A stretch of DNA of 61,104 nt from a virus (Duplodnaviria > Caudoviricetes): IMG/VR virus record IMGVR_UViG_3300027833_000051, positions 1-61,104 of that record; one strand, written 5' to 3'. Positions within the stretch are counted from its first letter, which is position 1. Each line of letters begins with the position of its first letter. The translations under genes and the position numbers were made by a program. Positions 25,350 through 36,800 of the stretch are shown piece after piece. Below the pieces are notes generated by a model that searched no databases, had not been told where the DNA came from, and was given only the letters and a program-made list of their open reading frames with translations.

Positions 25350-27545
25350 TTAATTGTCTCCTCTAAGTATATTTATTTCTTGTTTCAATTCTTTAATTGC
25401 TTCAATTAACAACGGTACAAGTTTTTCGTACTGTACTGTTTTGTAGTCTGCGTCTTCTGGCGCATCTTCACTATTATTTATCGGCGCATCACGAACTACC
25501 TCTGGCATTATTGCTTCAACTTCTTGTGCGCTAACACCTACTTGACGTTCTGTGTCATCAAATCCTAGTGACTTAGCAACTTCGTTACCTGTATAGTAAT
25601 AACCATTTAGTTGCATTACTTTATCTAATGCACCGTCAATCTTGCCGTCAAAGTCTTTTAAGCGTTCATCTGAGTAGTAAGATACAACCTCTGCAGTTGC
25701 TCGCATATAACCAGTAACTTCTATACCACCAGATAATGTTTTCATCTTTACGCCACTATCATAATATATTCTTGTTTCGCCGTTACGAATGTGTTCTAAA
25801 ATCCAGTGGTTATCTACGTCATTGTAAAGACCCATTGTACTTGAATTATCGTGCATCATTACAAAACGTCCGCCAACTGAGTAACCTTCCCAGCCACCGT
25901 GTGCGCCGCCGTCGATTTCAATCGAACCGTAGTTACCACTTACTGGACGGAAGTAACCGTTACCTGTATCACCTAATCTAGTGCCTGTTCCGTTAATTGT
26001 TACTTCTTGTACGCCTCCCACAACAATAGATATTTCATTGCCTTCAAAGTCAAGATATGTGTCAGTATCGCCAGCGTGTCTGATATAACGTGCAACGTCT
26101 AAGTTACCATTCACATCAAGACTTGTAAATTTACCTGTGCTTCTTGTTGATGCACCAATTGACATATTGTTAATCGATCCGCCGCCTGCTGGTGCTAGTG
26201 TAACTGTACCTGAGCCACTTGGACTAATTGTTACGTTAGCACCTGGGCTAAGTGTAACTGTGCTACTAGCACTTAATGTTGTAAATGATCCTGATCCGCC
26301 TGAAATATTACCAATAAAGCCTCCGCCGGAGTAAACTTTTTTAGCAATACTTGCGCCGCCTTCTACTCTTAAAATACCAGTATCACCAGTTGCGTTAGAT
26401 GCGTCAGTTGTTCCTGTAATATCTACAGTTGAGTTAGTTGTTAGAGTTGTAAATGCACCTGAGGATTTTGATGTATTACCAATCGGAGTGTTTTGAATAC
26501 TTCCTGCGTAAATTGCTCCACTAACACCTACACCACCTGTTACACGTAATGTTCCAGTTGTGGTATTAGTTGCTGCTGAATTTTGTGTAAACGATGTTGT
26601 ATTATTTGAACTAAGTGTAGTAAATGCACCTGCTGCTGCTGTGCCTGTTCCAAGTGAACCGTTTAGACTGTCTGCGTAAATTGCACCACCTACGCCTAAG
26701 CCGCCAGTTACAATTAATGCACCTGATGTTGTACTTGTAGAGGCACCTGAACTTGTAGCTGTAATTGTGGGCGCAGTAAGTGACGTAAATGCGCCTGTGC
26801 TTGGATTAGTGGCACCGATTGCAACGTTTGACATTGCACCAACAGTGTCTGAAGTAATTGTTAATGATCCGCCAGCGCCTATTGTGGCGTCACCAGCTGG
26901 ATCAATAGTTACCGATCCTGTCCCAGTTGGACTAATAGCTACAGTTTGGTTTAATGTTGTAAATGTTATATTACCTGGGAAGGTAGTTGTCTTACCTGCG
27001 TCACCTAGTGCTACTGTGCCTGTACTCGAACTTAATGTTAGGTCGCCAACTGGACGAATAGTTGCTTGTGCCCCTGGTTGAATACTAACAGAACTTTGTG
27101 GACTAATATCAACTAGTCCTGTTCCTGTTGGTTTAATTTCTACATTTTGATCTAGTGGATTAAGTTCTACCTTGCCGTCAGCATTAAGTAAATTGTTAAA
27201 GTTAACTGGAAGTTCGAATGTTGTTGTACCTGCTAACGCACTTGTAAGAACATAATCTGTACCATCTGATGTTAGTTGGTAGGTAGAGTTCTGAGGAATT
27301 TCAACTGATGTACCAAGTGCAACACCGTTACCTTTAAATTGGCCTGCTGCTGTCTCAAGAGTAATCATGCCATCAGTGGCATTATAGAATGTTTGTCTAC
27401 TGCCAGGAAAGAATACAGGACTTACAAGAACTACAGTATATCCTGCTGTTCCGGTAAGACTTATAATTCCCCCAGTAAATGCGTATCCAAATGTGAGTGC
27501 CCCACTTAAGACTAATGTTTGGGGTGCTGTATTATAACGTGCCAT
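25350..27545 (-). CDS. Tail fibre with C-terminal intramolecular chaperone (peptidase S74)
   Basis: SDERLKD..ALDKVMQLNGYYY..GVSAQEVEAIMPEVV..VQYEKLVPLLIEAIKEL, plus three G.L.V.GG....IY-type shaft repeats. Confidence 0.9.
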   Translation of the reverse strand: MARYNTAPQTLVLSGALTFGYAFTGGIISLTGTAGYTVVLVSPVFFPGSRQTFYNATDGMITLETAAGQFKGNGVALGTSVEIPQNSTYQLTSDGTDYVLTSALAGTTTFELPVNFNNLLNADGKVELNPLDQNVEIKPTGTGLVDISPQSSVSIQPGAQATIRPVGDLTLSSSTGTVALGDAGKTTTFPGNITFTTLNQTVAISPTGTGSVTIDPAGDATIGAGGSLTITSDTVGAMSNVAIGATNPSTGAFTSLTAPTITATSSGASTSTTSGALIVTGGLGVGGAIYADSLNGSLGTGTAAAGAFTTLSSNNTTSFTQNSAATNTTTGTLRVTGGVGVSGAIYAGSIQNTPIGNTSKSSGAFTTLTTNSTVDITGTTDASNATGDTGILRVEGGASIAKKVYSGGGFIGNISGGSGSFTTLSASSTVTLSPGANVTISPSGSGTVTLAPAGGGSINNMSIGASTRSTGKFTSLDVNGNLDVARYIRHAGDTDTYLDFEGNEISIVVGGVQEVTINGTGTRLGDTGNGYFRPVSGNYGSIEIDGGAHGGWEGYSVGGRFVMMHDNSSTMGLYNDVDNHWILEHIRNGETRIYYDSGVKMKTLSGGIEVTGYMRATAEVVSYYSDERLKDFDGKIDGALDKVMQLNGYYYTGNEVAKSLGFDDTERQVGVSAQEVEAIMPEVVRDAPINNSEDAPEDADYKTVQYEKLVPLLIEAIKELKQEINILRGDN

Positions 27546-27560
27546 ATCTTTCTAATCCCT

Positions 27561-27881
27561 TTATGTAGTTGATGTTTCAATACCGTATACTGTACATCCA
27601 ATGTTTGCTAAACTGGAATAAACAACTACGTTTAAGCCGCCTTGCATAACTAGTCCAGTACGTTCAAAAACACCGTTTGGGATAATGATTGTATCATACT
27701 CCATCCACTCCTGGTCAGTCGGCGTAGCAGTTGTTGCCATTGCTACACGTATATTTACCGAAGTTGCGTTCCTGTTAGTTAATGATATATTTGCAACAGC
27801 GTAAGTACCTACGGGCACCGTATACGCTGTTGTGTTTGTTGTAGCTGGTATATCTACGTTGCCCAGTCTTCCTGTTGCCAT
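27561..27881 (-). CDS. Small beta-sandwich virion protein (paralog family 1 of 3)
   Basis: YTVP..ANISLTN..NIRVA..IIPNGVFE..GIE pattern shared with 49450..49779 and 59484..59837. Confidence 0.7.
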   Translation of the reverse strand: MATGRLGNVDIPATTNTTAYTVPVGTYAVANISLTNRNATSVNIRVAMATTATPTDQEWMEYDTIIIPNGVFERTGLVMQGGLNVVVYSSLANIGCTVYGIETSTT

Positions 27882-27896
27882 TTCTTTTCTCCGTTG

Positions 27897-30800
27897 TTAT
27901 CTTGCTAGGAAGAATCCAAGTGCAACTGGTGCACCGTCGACTCCGCCTGTAAAGTTCATCTTAGCTGTAATATTTAGCTGTCCGCCACTGGTTGTTGTAA
28001 TTTCATCGTTAGCAATAAACACTGTACCTGCTGTTAGCGTGTTAACGTTCAAGCTACTTTGTCCACCACCAATTTGTGCAGTAATATAAGATTTAATTGC
28101 ACGTTGTGTAGGAACAACACTGTCACTATTTGCAGTAAAGAATGGATCTGTACTAAACTGTGTAATAATTGCAGAGCCAATACCTAAACCAATACCTTGT
28201 AGCTGTAATGATTGTAGTCCTGCTAAGTTAAACGCATCAGCGTCCAATGTCGCAGTACCTGTACTCTGTTGTACTCCAAACAATCCGCCAACATTAAAGT
28301 TACCGTCTTGGTCAGTACTTGTAAAGAATACTCGTCCACCTTGACTGCCAAGGAATTGTCTTGATTGCAGTGCTGTTGTAATATCCACAAATGGATAATT
28401 TGTATCAGCTTGGTTACCAGTACCAATGTACAAGAAGTCGTGTCCTGTTAGACGTACTTGTGAATACTTGTTAGTAGCAGTTATTTTAGTTCCATCTAAT
28501 GGAGCATTTAATATAGTAAGTGCTGGACTTATTTGGAATGTTGCAGTATAATCACCTGCTAAGCCAATTACGTTATTAACAGCAACTAGTTTATAGAAAA
28601 CTCCTGGAATATTACCAAACTCAACGTTTGATCCTGGCTCTGGTAAGTCAAATAGTCCGCGAACTGCAACAAATGTACTTGCTTGGAACAAGTCTGCACT
28701 ACCATCGCCGCCTAATTCACCAGTAGCAGTTTGATATCCTGTACCTCTATTAGTAAACGTTGGATGACCTAATACTCCGTCACCTTGTCTAGCATCTGTA
28801 GGAGCAACAATAGTTGAATTAGGATCTGTAATAGTTACAATTGGTCCTGTTCTAAACGTTGCATTTGCAAATGTAGCTGTGCTTAATACAACTGGCGTTC
28901 CGCTATTAGCAATTAAGCTTACTGTAATTGTAGTACCATTTGGAATAGTATTAATATAGTACAATGAGTTATTAGTTAGTAATGCATCACCTACGCCTGT
29001 AAACTTAATTTGCTGTCCAACTAACAAGTTGTCAGTTGAGTCAATAGTAATAGTGTTTGCAGCCGTTGTACTTGCTACAGTACCTTTTGGATAACCTGAT
29101 CCTGGTTCTGTTATTCTAATTTCGTTTACAGATCCGTCTGCTTCTTTTAGTCTAGATTCAGCAGTTGCACCAGTTTTTAGTACTGACACTGCGGTGTTTG
29201 CCGCATTAGTCAATGCTACCCATCTTGGATTATTATCTGTGTTGCCAAACGCTAATGCGTTCCAATCTCCGCTTGCAGATAATGTTTGTCCAGTCCAAGT
29301 AACACCATCGTTACTTATTGCACATGCATCAGTACCTTCAGCTATAGCAACAAATAATCCATGTCCATATTCAACTTTTGACCAAGTTTGACTTGACGGA
29401 AGACCAGCAGCACTTGCGTACCACGTTGTTCCGTTATCAATACTATATGCAGCACTTCTGCCACCACTAGCAATTGCTACAAAACGACCGTTACCAAAAG
29501 CAGTACTTGACCAAGTAGTACTTGCTGGTAAGTTGCCTCCTTCTGCCCAAACAATACCGTTTGCACTTACTGCTGACTTATTACCGCCAGTGTTAATAGC
29601 TACGTACTTACCTGCGCCATGTGCCACACTTGAGAATGTACCTGCACTTAGTGCAATATTATCTCTTGATACCCATGTACTACCGTCTGTTGATGTTGCT
29701 GCGCTGCCTGATCCACCTGTTCCGCCAACTGCAACATAAGTGCCGCCAGCATAAACAATATCTGTAAAGTTATTGTTTGGTAATGCTGAACCTGCACTCC
29801 AAGCTGCATTTGCAGCAGCTGATAGTGCTAAGTTTGTATTAGCAGTAGATCCATTAGCAATAGCAACAAACTTAGCGTTTGTATCAACAATAGTTACTGT
29901 CGGAGCACTAGTGTAGCCAGCGCCTACTAATGGTTCGTCATTGCCGTCTAGTGTAAAGTTAATTGCAAATACGCCGCCGTTATCCATTGTTGGAAGTACA
30001 GTAGCTTGTGTGCTTGCGCCTCCACCTGATATTGTAACAGTCGGAGGACTAGTATAACCTAATCCAAAGCTATCAACGTTAACTTCAGTAATTTTATCTG
30101 TTTCAACTGATATTGTTGGTGCTGCTCCGTAACCTGCGCCAGTAGTAGTAATAGTTACTTCTTTAATTACACCATTAAGTACTGTACACACTGCTGTAGC
30201 TGCGCCACCGCCGTTTGTCGGTACAAGGTTAAGTGTCGGAGGTGATGTATAACCTTTTCCGCCATCAACGATTGTAATTTTAGCAACCTGCGTAGGACCA
30301 GGTAAACCAATGCTGTTAAGCTCGCCTAGTTCTGCTGTTAGTATAGCACCAGATCCACCTAAACCACCTACTACAGCACTTGCTGTAGCGCCTTGTCCGC
30401 CACCAAATGCCATTGCTGTCCAGTTAGCACTTGCAACTGCGCCACCAGCAGCCCAAGTAGTGCCGTCTGTTGAATACGTTGTAGCTGTGCCACTATTTTG
30501 TAATGCAACATATCTTCCTGCAGCGTATGTAGCTGCTTTATATGCTGTAGCACTATCTGTTGTAGTTGCTGTTGACGTAAATCCTGGAGCACTATATGTA
30601 ATACTTGGTTCAATAGTATAACCAGTTGTTAAGTCTAAGTTAGTTGCAATTGGAGTACCTTTAACAATATGATCCCAACCTGCTGCATACAATGTTACAG
30701 TTTGTGCAGTTGTAGTTGTTAATGCTACGGCTGCTCCACCTTCTGATGTACTTACAGTAAATGTAGTAGTATTTGGAATTGTAAGTACATAGTAAACTGT

Positions 30801-33800
30801 GTTAGCAGCTAAGTTACCAATTGCTGTACTTAGGTATATTGGCATGTTTACATATAAACTAGCAGTGTCAGCTACAGTTAGTACATTACTAGTTACAGTT
30901 GTTCCAGTAACAGTTTTGTTATCAAAACTATCTTTGTAAACTTTACTGATCTTAGTACCGTTGTTAAATGTTAACACTCTTGCAAACTGTCCAACACCTG
31001 TACCAGCAGTTAATATAATATTCATACCATTATATGCATTTGCTAGTGCAGTATCAGTAGCAGCAATAGTTACTTGTATTTCATTACCACCCTGTGCAAC
31101 GTTTTTAGCTGTTACATAATTTTCGCCGCCTGTCTCGTCGCCATCATCTAAGTCAATTAAGCGAGTTTCCATTATGCCGCCGTCTCTAAACTCGTCAGCA
31201 ATAACAGCAGCGTTAAATCCATCACCACTAATTGCAAAAGATGCGTTAGTGTAATCAGTACCTGCGTTATTATATTCTAGACGTAGAACTGCTTCGCCGT
31301 CTGTAATAACATTACCAATAAACGCATCATTTGATAAGTTATTAACTTCAGCAAACAATGGAATCTCACCAGTGTCAGTGCCTTCAGCAATAACACCGTA
31401 AGTACCATATGAACTGTTACCGTTAGTAGCACGAATACGTCCGCCTAAATCTGCAACATATCCTGAATAGTTATAGTATGAGAACACAGATACAAGCTCT
31501 GTTAATGAGTTGTTACCTGTACACCATACACCAATACCATCTGACAATACTTGTGTAAAGTCATTTGATACCATTGAACGGTTTCCGCCTGCGTGTAATG
31601 CTCCGTCGATCTTATTACCAACACAACCAACGCCAAAGTTAGTTACATTTTGAATATATGGTGATTTATTAGTAACCCATGCTTCACTATCATTTGGACC
31701 AAATCCTGGATCAAGTGCAACAAATGCACCTGCTGTAGGACGTCTTGTATTAAATTCATTAAGCTCAGTTAAGTTACCGCGTAATCCACTTAATGTTTGG
31801 TTACGTACACCAGTTGAGTTTCGTACACGATACAAGTCTGATCTTTCAGAACCATTAACAGCGTTTAAGTAAAGTTCTGCTGCTCTTAGTGCATGGTGAT
31901 TGCCCGGATACTGTAAATCGTATGTAATTGATTCAACATAGCGTATCATATCTCTGCGACATAATGCTTCATCGAAACTATAACTAACAACTGCTACTGA
32001 CGGACTGCCAGCTGTTGCAATTGCGTCTCCGCCTAAAGTTGCTGCTACTTCAATAGTTAGTTCATCAGTACGAGTAACAACATAATAAGTTACTCCTGCT
32101 GTTAATCCAAGTTCACTAACATCAAGCTTTATAGGATCTCCAACTACTAAGTTATGTGGAGTTGCAAAACCAATAGCTGCACTACTTGCACTTGTAATTG
32201 TTCCGCCGTACTGTGACTTAATCCAAGCTGTTGCTTCATTTGCAAGGAAGTTTGTATTAGCTTTAAGGATGTCAACACCTTTAATAACTTCAACATCATT
32301 TTTATAAGTGATTGTGCCAGTAACTTCTGGAGTTACGTTGCTGCCAAAGTCTAATACACTAATAACAATATCCATTAAGCTATTAACACGTTTTCTTGCA
32401 TTAGCAGTATTAAGTACGTCAAGTAGGATATCAGTGCTAGAAACATATGATGCTGCTACGTTTTTCAGTTCTCTAAATGATTGTACTGTAGCAGTTTTTT
32501 GTTTATTAAGCACCACGTCAGCTTGTGTTCCACGATAGTAAGACAATGCTGCAATAACAGTACGATAGTTACTATCCGTCATTAGATCCCAAGTCATTGC
32601 TTCAACAATTAATCCTACATCACGTTTGCATGTTTCTTCAACATACACAAGTGTTGGGTAATTTTCTGCAATATATTCGATAATTGCAGTTTTAATTAAC
32701 TCAACAGACCCTGCCAAGTTAGTAGCTTGTTGTTTTAGACTTGCATTAATACCAGTTGTCGTTGGACTATATGCCCAGACTTGAAGCACTTCTGTCGACG
32801 ATGCTTCATCTTGCATTACTGCCGTTGCGCCTTCAAAATATCTAGTTAATGTAAGCGTAGATGTTGTTGGAGTTGTTTTTACATAATATACTGAAGTAGA
32901 GTCAAGACCAGTAATTGAAGCTACATAAACTTGATCGTTTACTGCAAGACCGTGTACTCCGTCAGTAGTTATTACATTGGATGCAATACTAACTAAATTA
33001 ATTGTAGGTAGCGCAGCAATGCCTGTATCAATTATAAGTTTTAGTTGATCTATTAGTTCACCGACTCGTGTTGTTGTTGCTGCATCGCCAATTGTTTGTA
33101 CATCAGCATCTCTATACTTAGGAACAATAGCAGTTTGTATTGCACCTGGACTACCAAGTGTATTTTGTGCTAGGTCGCCTGTTAAGAATTTTGCATGATC
33201 ATACGCTGCAATTGTTGCTACTTTATCATCTTCGCTAATTACAAGTACTGCATTTTTATAATAAGATAATCCAAATTCATTTGTTGCACTATTACCACCG
33301 TATGTTAAGTCATAACGCAGCGCATCAACTAACATGCCTACATCTCTTTTACATTTTTCTTTACCGTATTCATTAGTTGGATATTCTTGATCTAAATATT
33401 CAATAACTTCAGTTTGAATAAATTCTTTATTTTCCCAAATAATTGCTGCACCGGCTACGTCTTGTGTATCAGTAGTCGATGTTGCTTGCCACTTAACACT
33501 TGGCTTCTTGCCGCCGTCAATAAACGATGTAATTTCATCAATAATTAATGATGTATGTGCTGATGCTGTAGTAGAAGCAATGTGTTTAACTTTGTAGGAT
33601 AAGAAATTAACTGCACCAATAGTAGCTTCTAATTCATTATTAGTTACTTCAGCTGTTGACGTTAACGCTCTATAATAGCTCATACCTGCTTTAATAGAAG
33701 CAAAGTTTGATCCTGTAACTAAGTCACGTGCTAATGCATCAACCATTAAGCCTGCATCTCTACGACATGTTTCTTGATTGTATTTTATTTTCTGCCAGAA

Positions 33801-36800
33801 TTTTTCAACCCAAAATACAACATCTTCAATAATTTCTAATCTGCGACTTACAAGATTATTGTAAGCAGCTCTTGTATCTGGTTCTGCCCAGGCCGTTGCA
33901 ATTTCAATAGTTGCATTTGGCTCAGCGTTGTTAATCCAATCTAATACATCATCTACTCTGTCATCTGCAAATTCAATTGTAAATGCGTTGCCAGCTGTTC
34001 CTGATGTGTCTTGTGTTAAGTTATTACCTGGTGATTTTGTTACAGTTGTTTCTGCAATAACTTCACCAATTACTGTTTTCATTCTAGCATAAGCTGCAAG
34101 TGTTGCTGGAAGTTCGTCCTGACCGATAGTTAATACAAAGTTTGAATAATATGCACTACCTGCAATTAATGACTGTGTATTGCCGCCGTATGTTAAATCA
34201 TAACGTACTGCATCAACAATATATCCAATATCTCGAATACAGTTATCTTGTGCAGAACTGCTTAGTGTTCCCCAAAATGTATCATAACTATTTGTTGAAT
34301 CTTCTAACCACTTACGCACTTCTAATTGTATAAACGCTTCGTTGGCGCCTAGTTGATCAGCAGCATTACTATAAGTTGCAACTGCTCCAGTTGTATTTGT
34401 TGCTGTAGCATATGCAAGGTCAGCAGTTAAATTAGTTGGCATAGTAAGAACATATCCAGGCAGTGCTTCTAACCCGTTTTGCACAATATTTTTAATATCG
34501 TTTGCTCTTGCAACTGCTACATTTGATTCAGCAGTTGTTCCAACCTTACTTTCAATACCTTCTGTAAGCTGAAGTAACGCTTGTTCAATAAAGTTAATAG
34601 TACTAATAGTCGGATCTAGTTGATCTGCAAGAACAACTCCGGCTGATGCTACACCTCTAAGATAAGACATGCCTGCTTTAGCAGTTCTAAAGTCACTTCC
34701 AAATAGTACATCATAAACAATAGCGTCAAGTATATACCCTACATCACGTGAACATGTAGCTTCGTTATACACTAGTGCAGGATACATAAAGTTAATGTAA
34801 TCAATTGCTGCTTCTTGTATAATAGCTTTTCTGTTGTCTACTACTGATTTAAATTGCACTAATGCAGTATCAACCCAAGCAGTACTCGGACTAATTAATG
34901 CAGGGCTATCGCCTGTGTCAATTGTAGCTTTAATTTCGTTAATACGGTCTTGTGCAAATGCTGCTGCTCCTGCACTGCCTGCTGTTCCACTAACATCTTG
35001 TGTTGTTGTGTTACCAGTAGATCTAGTAATAGCAGATCCTGTAGCAACATCATCAATAATATCAGCTATTCTAGTTTGTACAGCAAGTGCTGCTACCTTT
35101 TGGTCGCTTGGTTCTTGTAGTACTCCATTAACATAATACGAATTAGCAGCAACAATAGTTTCTAAGTTGCCACGGTATGTTAAATCATAACGCATAGCAT
35201 CAAGTATATAACCAATATCCCGCAAACATTTTGCTTTGTTAGCTACACTAAGTGAAGTCCATAAAACATTGTAATTTGTATTCATATATGCTTCAACTTC
35301 ATCAATTAAGAATTGTTTGTTAGCAACAATTAATCTACGAGCGTTAAAGAACCCAGTGTCGTAACTAGTTGGATCTGTAATAGTAAACGTAGTTGGCTCA
35401 ACTGTAGATATCATAATATCTCTAATTAGCTCTGCGCTTGTTTCAATTTTATTATTTCCTGAAGTTATATTTTTAATTTCAGATCTTAAAAACTCAATAG
35501 AGTCCAATGTAGCAGATAGTTGACTATCAATAACAACGCCAGCTGATGCAATACCTCTACGATAGCTCATGCCTGCTTTTAATGATCTAAAGCTACTATT
35601 AAACATAATGTCAAATCGTAGTGCATCAATTATAAATCCAATATCTCTTGAGCATTTAGCGTGATCATAAACAAATCCACTATACGTGTTTGTAATAAAT
35701 TGTAGTACTGCTGGTACAACAGTTGTATTTGTTAGTACGTCATTTGCATCACTTTCGATAGCGTCAGCTACCCAAGTAATACTAGGATAAACTACTGCCG
35801 GAATGTTACTTAAACTTCCTGCATCAATTGATGTTATAAGGATATCTAATAATGTGCTTACTTCAGCCTCTTCAGTTGCGCCTGTCAAGTAACCGTTAAT
35901 AATAGTTTTTAGCTGTGTCATTGCTAATACTTCAATAGCTCTTTGTGCTACCGGAAGTACTGATACCCAACCATCAAAATATGCTTTTGTTGATTCGATT
36001 GTTGCACTGTTACCGCCGTAGTTTACGTCATAGCAAAGTGCATCAATAATATAACCAGTGTCTCTTTCACAAGTTGCAGTATCATAACTTAGTGAAGGAT
36101 AGTTTGTTGTGATCCAAGTTGTTAATGCACTAATAATAGCTGCACGATTGTCTACCATTTCTGTACGTGCATCAGTTTTTGCTTGTACAGAATTTGTAAA
36201 TGTTAATGCATCTGCACTTGCTACACCGTTAGTAATGATGTCAGCTACTTCAGCCCAATATGCAGTATTACGTGTAATTGAATCTGCGTCTGAAAGTAAT
36301 GCTTCTACTAATATTTTCTCTTGTGCAATTGCTCCTAGTGTTTCAGTTAATTGGCCTGTTAATACTTTTACACTAGAACCTCTACGATATGAAAGACCAT
36401 CTCTTACTGCGTTAAAGTTAGTGTTTAATGCAATATCATATGCGGCGCCAGTTTTTAGTATACCAGAATCTCTACGACACTTAGCACTATCATATACAAA
36501 GGAACCAAAGTTGCTATTAATATAATCAATAACAGATGATTGTAATGTTGCTTTAGAAGAAAGGATCTCAGTGTTAACTGTTGTTAACGGTACTGATACC
36601 CAACTAGTGTCTGGAGCAACTACACTTGGCAATGTTCCGTCATTATCAATGCAGTCATAAATTTCTTGTATGCGTGTATCTGCAAAAGTTTCAGCAGCAC
36701 TACTACCAGCATCGTTGTCAACGTTTTGTGCAACGTTGTTACCAGTTGTTCCTACAACCGTAGTTTCAACAATGATGTCACCAATGATTGATTTTAAGTG

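Noticed and set aside
20795-30140. The 83-bp repeat pair as a DGR template/variable repeat
   Set aside because: The 13 mismatches are not confined to adenines of either copy, and no reverse transcriptase is in the window.
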